From NCBI GenBank assembly GCA_905193155.1, contig CAJJNQ010000002.1:12270-76269 (forward strand): a stretch of DNA of 64,000 nucleotides. Direction: 5' to 3'. The notes beneath the pieces were generated by a model. It worked only from the letters and a program-made list of their open reading frames with translations, had not been told where the DNA came from and did not search any database. Positions 1-7,477 of the stretch are shown here, in pieces. Position 1 is the stretch's first letter. The number at the start of each line of letters is the position of its first letter. The translations under genes were made by a program, and so were the position numbers. The DNA comes from an uncultured Christensenella sp. Lineage in GTDB: Bacteria; Bacillota; Clostridia; Christensenellales; UBA1750.

Positions 1-1
1 T

Positions 2-244
2 TCGCAGGTCGGGCTGAACGCGCAGCAGCGCATCGAGAATATGCAGGGCGCGGTGCTGCCGGGCAAACACGCAGGCGCAGTGGAGGGCAAAAGTGTGCTG
101 TTGATCGACGATGTGCTGACCACCGGTTCGACGGCGGAGGCCTGTGCCAAAGCACTGCGGGAGGCGGGCGCGAAGGAGCTCTATCTGCTCACCGCCGCGC
201 GCCGCGATCCCCACGCACACCTGAGCGCGCCCATCGAGGACTAA
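2..244 (+). CDS. ComF-family phosphoribosyltransferase-domain protein, C-terminal fragment (5' end outside window)
   Basis: Frame is open from the window edge. PRPP-binding signature VLLIDDVLTTGST. Stop at 242-244. Confidence 0.7.
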   Translation, partial: SQVGLNAQQRIENMQGAVLPGKHAGAVEGKSVLLIDDVLTTGSTAEACAKALREAGAKELYLLTAARRDPHAHLSAPIED

Positions 245-496
245 AAAAGTACCGGACAACAGAAGTTGAATTTGCTATCCTGAATACAGAAAGAACATTC
301 GAGAGCGGTTCACTTTCGGCACCTGTCGCCGAAGTGGGAGAAACTCCGGATGTTTTTTCTTTGCCCCAAACCTTGTTTTGTATAAGAATATGCGGATCGC
401 AGAGCGAACCTACCCGGCGCCCCTGTGTAAGGGGAGCTGTCCACCACAGCGGACTGAGGGGTTGTCCTCTTGCGCGCAGCATCCCGTTCCTACAAA

Positions 497-530
497 CCAA
501 AAGAGCGCTGTTTTTACAGCGCTCTTTTGG
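497..530. terminator. Perfect 14-bp stem hairpin at the 3' end of the GH3 gene (possibly bidirectional)
   Basis: ccaaaagagcgctg / cagcgctcttttgg with a 6-nt loop, read directly. It sits 22 nt downstream of the GH3 stop on the minus strand. Confidence 0.6.
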
Positions 531-551
531 CGTTCTATATCCAGAAACAGT

Positions 552-2690
552 TTACTTTACTTCAAAGCGGGCGGAAAGCGGGCGCACGCCGGTCAGCTCG
601 GCAGAACGGTCGTCGGGCGCGGTCAGGCCGGCAAAGAGCGTGAACTCGCCGGGCTCGATGACGCGCTCGCCCTTTTCCGTCACCAGCTCCATGGCGCGCG
701 GCGCGATGCGGACGGAAACCTGGCGGCTCTGGCCGGGCTCCAGCTCGATGCGCTCGAAGGCGCAGAGCGAGAAGTGCGGCACGCGCGTGGACGCTTCCTC
801 ATCACGAAGGAAGAACAGCACGGGCGTTGCGGCGAGGATGTCGCTGTCATTGCGGACGGTGACCGTCGCGTCAATGGAGTCGCCGGACGCGATGCTCTCC
901 GCGGAGAGCTGAAGGTTTTCGCAGGTGAACTTCGCATACGACAAACCGTAGCCGAAGGGGTAGAGCGGAATGGCGTGCAGATAGCGGTAGGTGCGGCCTT
1001 CCATCGCATAATCGGTGAAGGCGGGCAGGTCGTCCTCGCTCTTGTAGAAGGTTACGGGCAGGCGGCCGCTCGGGCTGTATTGACCGAAGAGCAGCTCGGC
1101 CACGGCTCTGCCGCCCAACGCGCCGGGATACCAGCTCTGCACGACGGCATTGCAGTGCTCCTGCGCGAAGTTGACGGCCAGCGCGGAGCCGGAGGCAAGC
1201 ACGAGAATCGTGGGCTTGCCGACCGCCACGACCTTTTCGAGCAGCTTCTGCTGAAGGCCGGGCAAACGGAGATGATTTTTGTCGCCCGCACCGTATTCGT
1301 TCGATGCGTCGCCCTCTTCGCCTTCGATGGACGGATCAAGGCCAAGGCACAGCACGACCACGTCCGCTTGCTTAGCAACGGAAACCGCCTCGGCCAGGCG
1401 GTCGCCGGGCAGCGCCAGCCCTTCGCACTTATCGCGCCAGAGCGGGCAGCCCTCGGAGTAATAGACGCGCGCCTTGCCCGCGCAGAGATCCTCGATGCCT
1501 TCCAGAATCGTGACATAGCGGGAGGCGGTGCCATTGTAGTTGCCCTGAAGCACGGCGCGGCTGTCGGCGTTGGGGCCGATGACCGCCACGGCGGAGAGCT
1601 TGTCCGCGTCCAGCGGCAAGATGCCGTCATTCTTCAGCAGCACTTGCGCGCGGCGGGCAGCTTCCAGCGAAACCTCGCGGTGTTCGGGTGAATCGTTGGC
1701 GGAGAAGGGAATATCGTCATAGGGGCAGTGCTCGTCGAACATGCCCAGCTTCATGCGGGTAGCCATCAGGCGCTCCACGCAAGGCGTGACGTCTTCTTCG
1801 GTGAGCAGTCCTTCACGGATGGCGGTCAGGATGTGCAGATAGACCGAGCCGCAGTTCAGGTCGCAGCCGTGCTTGACGGCCAGCGCGGCGGATTCCGGCG
1901 CGGTATCCGTGACCTTGTGATGCAGATGGAAATCGCTGATTGCGCCGCAGTCGGAGACAAAGTGTCCCTCAAATCCCCAGTCGCCGCGCAGAATCTTGGT
2001 CAGCAGATCGTTGGCGCAGGCGGGCTGGCCATAGACGCGGTTGTAAGCGCCCATGACGCTTTCGACCTTCGCTTCCTTGACCAGTGCCTCAAAGGCGGGA
2101 AGATAGGTATCGTAGAGATCCTGCTTGGAAACCACCGCGTCAAATTCGTGGCGCAGGGATTCCGGGCCGGAATGCACGGCAAAATGCTTGGCGCAGGCGG
2201 ACGCCTTGAGATACTTCGGGTCGTCGCCCTGTAAGCCCTTGACAAAGCGCACGCCGAGCGTCGCCGTCAGGAAGGGATCCTCGCCGTAGGTTTCGTGACC
2301 GCGGCCCCAGCGCGGATCACGGAAAATGTTGATGTTCGGGGACCAGAAGGTCAGTCCCTTATAGATGTCGCGGTCGTTCTGGCGGGAATATTCGTTGTAT
2401 TTTGCGCGGCCCTCTTCGGCGATGATGGAGCCGATGTGCTCCACCATATCTGCGTCGAACATGGCGGCCATGGCGATGGCCTGCGGGAACATCGTAGCCG
2501 TGCCGGCGCGGGCGACGCCGTGCAGCGCTTCATTCCACCAGTTGTAGGCGGGAATGCCCAGCCGCGGGATGGCGGGGGCGGTGTAGACCATCTGGCTGGC
2601 CTTTTCTTCCAGCGTCATGCGGGAGACGAGATCCTTGGCGCGTTCCGCAAAGGACAGGGATTCGTCCAGATATTTCGGACTTTCAGACAT
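552..2690 (-). CDS. Glycoside hydrolase family 3 (beta-glucosidase/beta-xylosidase type) with C-terminal Fn3-like domain
   Basis: 712 aa. Motifs include NWWNEALHGV, FRDPRWGRGHETYGEDP, GFEGHFVSDCGAI (SDC nucleophile region) and a C-terminal beta-sandwich-like tail. RBS GGAGG upstream. Confidence 0.9.
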   Translation of the reverse strand: MSESPKYLDESLSFAERAKDLVSRMTLEEKASQMVYTAPAIPRLGIPAYNWWNEALHGVARAGTATMFPQAIAMAAMFDADMVEHIGSIIAEEGRAKYNEYSRQNDRDIYKGLTFWSPNINIFRDPRWGRGHETYGEDPFLTATLGVRFVKGLQGDDPKYLKASACAKHFAVHSGPESLRHEFDAVVSKQDLYDTYLPAFEALVKEAKVESVMGAYNRVYGQPACANDLLTKILRGDWGFEGHFVSDCGAISDFHLHHKVTDTAPESAALAVKHGCDLNCGSVYLHILTAIREGLLTEEDVTPCVERLMATRMKLGMFDEHCPYDDIPFSANDSPEHREVSLEAARRAQVLLKNDGILPLDADKLSAVAVIGPNADSRAVLQGNYNGTASRYVTILEGIEDLCAGKARVYYSEGCPLWRDKCEGLALPGDRLAEAVSVAKQADVVVLCLGLDPSIEGEEGDASNEYGAGDKNHLRLPGLQQKLLEKVVAVGKPTILVLASGSALAVNFAQEHCNAVVQSWYPGALGGRAVAELLFGQYSPSGRLPVTFYKSEDDLPAFTDYAMEGRTYRYLHAIPLYPFGYGLSYAKFTCENLQLSAESIASGDSIDATVTVRNDSDILAATPVLFFLRDEEASTRVPHFSLCAFERIELEPGQSRQVSVRIAPRAMELVTEKGERVIEPGEFTLFAGLTAPDDRSAELTGVRPLSARFEVK

Positions 2691-2724
2691 GAAAATGCCT
2701 CCTAGCGTTTATGATCTGATTCTT

Positions 2725-2753
2725 ATGTTAACGGATTGTTGAGCGCTTGTCAA
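2725..2753 (-). promoter_or_regulatory. Candidate sigma-A promoter for the GH3 gene
   Basis: On the minus strand, TTGACA-17 nt-TAACAT. It lies about 35 nt upstream of the start codon. Confidence 0.4.
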
Positions 2754-2755
2754 AT

Positions 2756-2787
2756 AAAAAAGCGGGCCCTCCAAAGGAGAAGCCCGC
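2756..2787 (-). terminator. Rho-independent terminator after the glycine-rich repeat gene pair
   Basis: Minus-strand hairpin gcgggc..ctcc aaa ggag..gcccgc followed by a T6 run, 18 nt after the stop at 2805. Confidence 0.7.
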
Positions 2788-2804
2788 AGGTGCTTGCCTG
2801 TGCG

Positions 2805-3659
2805 TCAACCCATGCGCACGATGCCGCCCAGCACCGTGCCGTTGTTCTTGCCGTGCAGACGATCCACACGTCCCTTGATGACTGCGCCGGGAGCGATGTC
2901 GCCCTTGATCTCGGTGACGTCGCCGTCCACGGTGCCGGTCACATCGCCCATGACTTTGCCGAAAACGCTGCCCCCGACATGGCCGCGCAGATCGCCGCCC
3001 AGCATCCGCTTGGTGCGGGTGCGCTCATTGCCGAGGTTGCCGCCGATTTCGCCGCTCATATTGCCGCCGATGGGCGCGAGCACATCTTTGTCCACCGTAC
3101 CGGTCAGGTTGCCGCCGATGGGACCGCAGATGCGGCCGAGAACGTGCCCGTCCATGTTGCCGCCCACCGGGCCGTCCAGATCACCGCGGATTTCCGCGCC
3201 GTTCCCGATGCCGCCACCGATGGGGCCGCTGACTTTGCCCCGAATGATGACCTCGCGGCCGATGGAACCGCCGACCGTGCCGCTGATGTTGCCGTCGATC
3301 TGCGCGCCGTCGCCGATGCCGCCGCCCAGCATGCCGTCCACCTTGCCGCCGATATGCACACCGGGGGCGATGCCGCCGCCGATGATGCCGCTGACATTGC
3401 CGTCCACATCGAAGGTGATGGTGGAGGAGAAGATGCCGCTGACGCTGCTGCGGCTGGGACGCTGTGCCGCGCTGCCCTGCGCCTTGGCCTGTTCCGCGTG
3501 GGGAATCTGTTCGGCGTGCTCAAAGGGAATGCCCTGCGCGTCATTGACAGGCTGCTCGGAGTGCAGCTGTTCGATTTCGGCGTCCGCCTGCTCAGGCGTG
3601 AGGCGCCCGGCAGAAACGTCTTCCAGGATTTCCGAGATATTCTTATACATGCTTGCCAT
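2805..3659 (-). CDS. Glycine-rich repeat protein (about 18-residue periodicity, bactofilin-like beta-solenoid candidate) with an N-terminal SHOCT-like/LiaX-YvlB-like helix motif
   Basis: 284 aa. N-terminus MASMYKNISEILEDVSAGRLTPEQADAEIEQL, a Gln/Ala-rich linker, then repeats such as GNVSGIIGGGIAPGVHIG / GKVDGMLGGGIGDGAQID. RBS GGGAGAG. The start is 18 nt after the stop of the upstream paralogue. Confidence 0.8.
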   Translation of the reverse strand: MASMYKNISEILEDVSAGRLTPEQADAEIEQLHSEQPVNDAQGIPFEHAEQIPHAEQAKAQGSAAQRPSRSSVSGIFSSTITFDVDGNVSGIIGGGIAPGVHIGGKVDGMLGGGIGDGAQIDGNISGTVGGSIGREVIIRGKVSGPIGGGIGNGAEIRGDLDGPVGGNMDGHVLGRICGPIGGNLTGTVDKDVLAPIGGNMSGEIGGNLGNERTRTKRMLGGDLRGHVGGSVFGKVMGDVTGTVDGDVTEIKGDIAPGAVIKGRVDRLHGKNNGTVLGGIVRMG

Positions 3660-3677
3660 GATCTTTTCTCTCCCACT

Positions 3678-4829
3678 TTATTTTTTGCGGATATCGCCGT
3701 AAACCGTGCCGTGGTTGCTGCCGCAGAGCAGACGAACGTCGCCTTTGATGATTGCGCCCGGCAGAATGTCGCCGCGAATCTCACGCACGTCGCCGCCGAT
3801 TTCGCCGGAAACATTGCCGCAGATCACACCGCAGTCGCCGTGCACATGGCCGGAGAGGTCGCCCGTGACCGTGCCACGGTAATCGCCGCTGACCGAACCG
3901 GTCAGATTGCCTGCGATGTCGCCGCTGTAATCACCACCGACCGAGCCGGTGAAGTTACCGGCCACCTTGCCGCGGTAATCGCCGGAAACCTTTCCGGCGA
4001 AATTGCCCGCTATGTCGCCCTTGCAGTCGCCGCTGATGGTGCCGGTGAAGGCTCCGCCGATGGTGCCGGAGAAATCCCCGCCCACCTTGCCGGAAAAGTC
4101 CTTCCCGATATTGGAGGTGCAGTCGCCGCGCACCTCGCCCGCCAGATTGCCTCCGATATCGCCGGAAAGGTCGCCGCCAATGCGCCCGGATGCAGCCAGA
4201 TCGCCGCCAATCATGCCCGAAAGGTCGCCGTCGATCAGTCCGGCCATGCAGCCGATCACCGAGCCGGTCACATCGTCGCAGATGTGCGCGCCCTCGGCAA
4301 CATTGCCCTTGACCGAGCCGTAAAGGCAGCCGCGGATAACTTCGCCACTGCGCACCTCGTCCACGTCGCCGTGAACGTTTCCCGCCGGACCGTCGTAATC
4401 ATCCGAATTGCTGCCCACGCCGAAGGCGCGATTGACGCTCTGGGTGATGCGGGCAGCAAAGCGGTTGGCGCTCTGCGTGATGGAGCTGGCCCAGTCGTGC
4501 GCATCGCCGTTGAAATCGGTGTAGGTCATGCTGCAAACCTTCGGCGGCTTCGGCGGTTTGACATAGTAGCGGTTGGCGTTGCCGCACCCTGTATCGGTGC
4601 TGTTGGAAGGTTCGCTGCGGGGCGCATCCGGCTCGGCAGCCTTTTCGGGCTGCGTGCCTGCGTCAGGCGCTTCGATCCATTCGGTTTGCGGTTTGGCTTC
4701 AGCCTGCGTTTCGTCCGCCTTAGCGGCCTCCTGCGCGTTGTCCAGCGCTGCCATCTCAAACTCGGCTTCGTCGGGGGATAGGTCGCCGCGCGCCACGGCG
4801 GCCAGGATTTCCTGCATATCTTTATACAT
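3678..4829 (-). CDS. Glycine-rich repeat protein (octad G[DN]xxGxxx repeats, 16-residue super-repeat) with an N-terminal SHOCT-like/LiaX-YvlB-like helix motif
   Basis: 383 aa. N-terminus MYKDMQEILAAVARGDLSPDEAEFEMAAL, an acidic Pro-rich linker, and about 18 octads (for example GDYRGKVAGNFTGSVG). The C-terminal cap is shared with the 2805-3659 protein. RBS GGGAGGAA 6 nt upstream. Confidence 0.85.
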   Translation of the reverse strand: MYKDMQEILAAVARGDLSPDEAEFEMAALDNAQEAAKADETQAEAKPQTEWIEAPDAGTQPEKAAEPDAPRSEPSNSTDTGCGNANRYYVKPPKPPKVCSMTYTDFNGDAHDWASSITQSANRFAARITQSVNRAFGVGSNSDDYDGPAGNVHGDVDEVRSGEVIRGCLYGSVKGNVAEGAHICDDVTGSVIGCMAGLIDGDLSGMIGGDLAASGRIGGDLSGDIGGNLAGEVRGDCTSNIGKDFSGKVGGDFSGTIGGAFTGTISGDCKGDIAGNFAGKVSGDYRGKVAGNFTGSVGGDYSGDIAGNLTGSVSGDYRGTVTGDLSGHVHGDCGVICGNVSGEIGGDVREIRGDILPGAIIKGDVRLLCGSNHGTVYGDIRKK

Positions 4830-4989
4830 GATGGGTTCCTCCCGTATGGTCTTTTAGAATAGAGGGATCAGCGGTTGAGCAAAGCGGTCTGCGGAGGTTC
4901 CGGCACATGCCCGGCCTGAATCTCATGCGGGCAGCACCTGCATACAGGATGATTTCCCCCCCTGGTAATCTGGAAAGATGCGGGATAAA

Positions 4990-5355
4990 TTATTTCAGCA
5001 TCTCCATGGCTTGTTCCTGGGTCAGCTCTCCGCGGGAGAGCATTTCCAGCACTTCTTTGCGAGTAGGCTTGTTGTCCGCCGCCTTGGCGGGCTCGATGCC
5101 CAGCGCCGCGATGACCTGATCCAACCGCGCGCGCACCGTAGGATAGCTGATGCCCAGCTCTTTTTCCATTTCGCGGATGTTGCCGCGATTGCGCAGGAAG
5201 GAATAGACAAAGGAACGCTGCTCCGGCGTCAGGGCCAGCAGACGCTCCGCCTGAAAATCGCCTTCAATCGTCGTACCGCAGGAGGGGCAGTGCAGCCGGG
5301 TGACATGCAGTGCCTTGTGGCAGACCGGGCAATCGTGAAGCACATCGTGTGCCAT
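4990..5355 (-). CDS. DUF2089-type protein: N-terminal zinc ribbon, HTH, and a C-terminal SHOCT-like tail
   Basis: 121 aa. CPVC..(12)..CPSC, then FLRNRGNIREMEKELGISYPTVRARLD (HTH), and the tail RKEVLEMLSRGELTQEQAMEMLK. RBS AAAGGAGA. Confidence 0.8.
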   Translation of the reverse strand: MAHDVLHDCPVCHKALHVTRLHCPSCGTTIEGDFQAERLLALTPEQRSFVYSFLRNRGNIREMEKELGISYPTVRARLDQVIAALGIEPAKAADNKPTRKEVLEMLSRGELTQEQAMEMLK

Positions 5356-5404
5356 AACGGCTCATCTCCTTTTCCAGGAGGTCCGGGATTGATTTCTTGA
5401 ATAC

Positions 5405-5432
5405 AGAATATCACAGAATTTAAAATTGTCAA
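5405..5432 (-). promoter_or_regulatory. Candidate sigma-A promoter of the DUF2089 gene
   Basis: On the minus strand, TTGACA-16 nt-TATTCT. It lies about 50 nt upstream of the ATG at 5355. Confidence 0.55.
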
Positions 5433-5439
5433 TAGAAAA

Positions 5440-5478
5440 GCTCAAGATCTTTTAGAATAAATCTAGAAGATTTTGAGC
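5440..5478. promoter_or_regulatory. Near-perfect 17-bp inverted repeat (candidate operator) just upstream of the DUF2089 promoter
   Basis: gctcaagatcttttaga-ataaa-tctagaagattttgagc has 15 of 17 positions complementary. A half-site, TCTTTTAGAATA, recurs at 4850-4861. Confidence 0.5.
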
Positions 5479-5528
5479 ATAACTTTTTGAGGTTTCAAGA
5501 ACGAATTTTAAGAAAGTTCAACCCTGCC

Positions 5529-6305
5529 TTACAGACGCGGGATGTCGCCCACGCCGGAGAGGACGTATTTCGGGCAATAGGGGAAATCGGCCAGCATCTC
5601 GCGCGAGGTCACGCCGGAGAGCACCAGCACGGTATCCAGCTCGGTTTCGATGCCCGCGATCACATCGGTATCCATGCGGTCGCCGATGATGGCGGTGTCG
5701 GCACGGTGGGTGCCCAGGTGCTGCAAGGCATGGCGCATCATCAGCGGGTTGGGTTTGCCGATGAAGTAAGCCTGTTTGCCGGTAGCCAGCTCGATGGGCG
5801 CGATCAGCGCGCGGGTGGCGGGAACGATGCCGCCCTCGACCGGGCCGGTCAGGTCGGGGTTGGTGCCGATGAGGCGCGCACCGGCGCGAACCAGACGCAC
5901 GGCATGCTCCAGCTTTTCAAAGTTATAGCTGCGCGTCTCACCCATGACCACGTAGTCGGGGTTGACGTCGTTCATGCTGATCCCCTCGTTATAAAGGGCG
6001 TTGATGAGGCCCGGTTCGCCGATGACATAGGCGGAGCAGCCGGGGCGCTGGGAGGACAGAAATTTCGCCGTGGCCAAAGCGGAGGTATAGAAGTTCTCTT
6101 CAGGTACGTCCAGCCCAAGGCGGTTGAGCTTCATTTGCAGCTCGCGGGGGGAACGCTCGGAGCTGTTGGTGAGGAAGAGGTACTTTTTGCCGTTGGCACC
6201 GAGCCAGTCGATAAATTCCTTCACGCCCGGCAGCAGATAGTTGCCGTGGTAGATCACGCCGTCCATATCGCAGATAAAGGCCTGTTTGTCTCGTAAGCTC
6301 TGCAT
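5529..6305 (-). CDS. HAD-IIA family hydrolase (NagD/sugar-phosphatase like)
   Basis: 258 aa. DMDGVIY motif I, LTNSS motif II, GKPNP and GDRMDTDV motifs. RBS GGAGGA. Confidence 0.85.
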   Translation of the reverse strand: MQSLRDKQAFICDMDGVIYHGNYLLPGVKEFIDWLGANGKKYLFLTNSSERSPRELQMKLNRLGLDVPEENFYTSALATAKFLSSQRPGCSAYVIGEPGLINALYNEGISMNDVNPDYVVMGETRSYNFEKLEHAVRLVRAGARLIGTNPDLTGPVEGGIVPATRALIAPIELATGKQAYFIGKPNPLMMRHALQHLGTHRADTAIIGDRMDTDVIAGIETELDTVLVLSGVTSREMLADFPYCPKYVLSGVGDIPRL

Positions 6306-6393
6306 GGTCTTGCATCCTCCGTAAAATAAAGTCCTGTTTTTCCATTAAAAGAGTACAACGCATCCCCATATCTGTCAAGCAAAAGCGCTTCGC

Positions 6394-6422
6394 TTGCAAA
6401 GACGCGCGCTTTGCGCTATCAT
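6394..6422 (+). promoter_or_regulatory. Candidate sigma-A promoter for prmA
   Basis: TTGCAA-17 nt-TATCAT, about 30 nt upstream of the prmA ATG. Confidence 0.5.
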
Positions 6423-6453
6423 AGAGGACGAATAATCCTTGGGAGGACGAAAC

Positions 6454-7425
6454 ATGGATTGGAAGAAAGTCTCCATCATGACGACGGAAGAGGGGCTGGA
6501 GTTCCTCTGCTATAAGCTGGATGAAATCGGTATTACGCAGTTTGAAATGGTTGAGGATGCGGCCAGCACCCAGAAGATACTGGATGAAACGGCACAATAT
6601 TGGGATTATGTGGACGCGGAGAGCGTGCTGGCGGCGCGCCAGCCCTGCGTGCGCGTCTATCTTTCCGACAACGACGTGGGCGCGGAGCAGATGAAAAAGC
6701 TCACCGCCATGGTCGATGAGTTGAGGAGCATCAAGGATGGCCTGGATCTTGGCAGCCTGGAGATCGTCAGTGAAAACGTGCGCGATGAGGACTGGGCCAA
6801 CAACTGGAAGCAGTTCTATAAGCCCATGGCAGTGGGCAAGCGCCTGATGGTGACGCCTTCCTGGGAGAACCCGCCGGAGGGCACCGGCCGCATTACGCTG
6901 AAGATGGATCCCGGCATGGTGTTCGGCACCGGCGCGCACGAGACGACGCAGCTCTGCCTGGCGCAGCTGGACGAATATGTCAAGCCCGGCATGAAGGTGA
7001 TCGACCTGGGCTGCGGCAGCGGCATTCTGTCGGTGGCGGCGCTGCTGCTCGGCGCGGACAGCGCGGTGGGCGTGGACATCGACCCCAACGCCGTGCCCAC
7101 GGCCTACCAGAACGCGGAGGACAACGGCATCGACCGCAGCCGATACACGGTGCTGGCGGGCAACGTGCTGGACGATCACGGCTTTGTCGATTCGCTGGGC
7201 AAAGATTACGACATCGTGGTGGCCAACATCGTCGCGGGCGTAATCGTGCCCATGACCCCTATCGTGCCGCGGCTCATCAAGAAGGACGGCATGTACATTA
7301 CCTCCGGCATCATCGCGGAGCGCGCGCAGGAAGTCATGGACGCGATGGAGCAGAACGGCTTCGAGGTCGTCTATACCGAAAACCGCAAGGATTGGATGGT
7401 CATCGTCTCCAAATACCGCGGATAA
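6454..7425 (+). CDS. prmA: Ribosomal protein L11 methyltransferase
   Basis: PrmA layout: N-terminal domain, then the SAM-binding motif VIDLGCGSGILS, then DIDPNAV. I chose the ATG at 6454 (RBS GGGAGGA 6 nt upstream) over the TTG at 6439. Confidence 0.9.
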   Translation: MDWKKVSIMTTEEGLEFLCYKLDEIGITQFEMVEDAASTQKILDETAQYWDYVDAESVLAARQPCVRVYLSDNDVGAEQMKKLTAMVDELRSIKDGLDLGSLEIVSENVRDEDWANNWKQFYKPMAVGKRLMVTPSWENPPEGTGRITLKMDPGMVFGTGAHETTQLCLAQLDEYVKPGMKVIDLGCGSGILSVAALLLGADSAVGVDIDPNAVPTAYQNAEDNGIDRSRYTVLAGNVLDDHGFVDSLGKDYDIVVANIVAGVIVPMTPIVPRLIKKDGMYITSGIIAERAQEVMDAMEQNGFEVVYTENRKDWMVIVSKYRG

Positions 7426-7431
7426 ATACAG

Positions 7432-7463
7432 AAAAAATCCCCCTGTCCGAGGGGGATTTTTTG
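7432..7463. terminator. Bidirectional rho-independent terminator (prmA / GNAT pseudogene)
   Basis: aaaaatccccc-tgtccga-gggggatttttt, a 10-bp stem flanked by A and T runs. Confidence 0.8.
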
Positions 7464-7477
7464 TATGGGAGAAAACA

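Noticed and set aside
392-480. A tRNA-like start (GCGGATCGCAGAGCG...) with a CCCC-loop-GGGG hairpin that could mimic an anticodon arm.
   Set aside because: There is no T-arm (GGTTCGAATCC-type) sequence, no complementary 3' acceptor strand, and the anticodon-loop position 33 is not U. It is not a tRNA.
2900-4300. Regular short-period repetition at DNA level that might suggest a CRISPR array or other tandem-repeat element.
   Set aside because: The period is 24-54 nt, the units are imperfect, and the repeats lie entirely in frame within two protein-coding genes. There is no repeat-spacer structure and there are no cas genes.
2736-4781. A 681-aa plus-strand ORF spanning both glycine-rich repeat genes and the gap between them.
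   Set aside because: It is exactly antisense to two genes that have RBSs, a shared domain organisation and a terminator. Its translation is low-complexity Ala/Asp/Val/His, as expected from reading GGC/GAC-rich repeats backwards. It is a shadow ORF of GC-rich repeat DNA.
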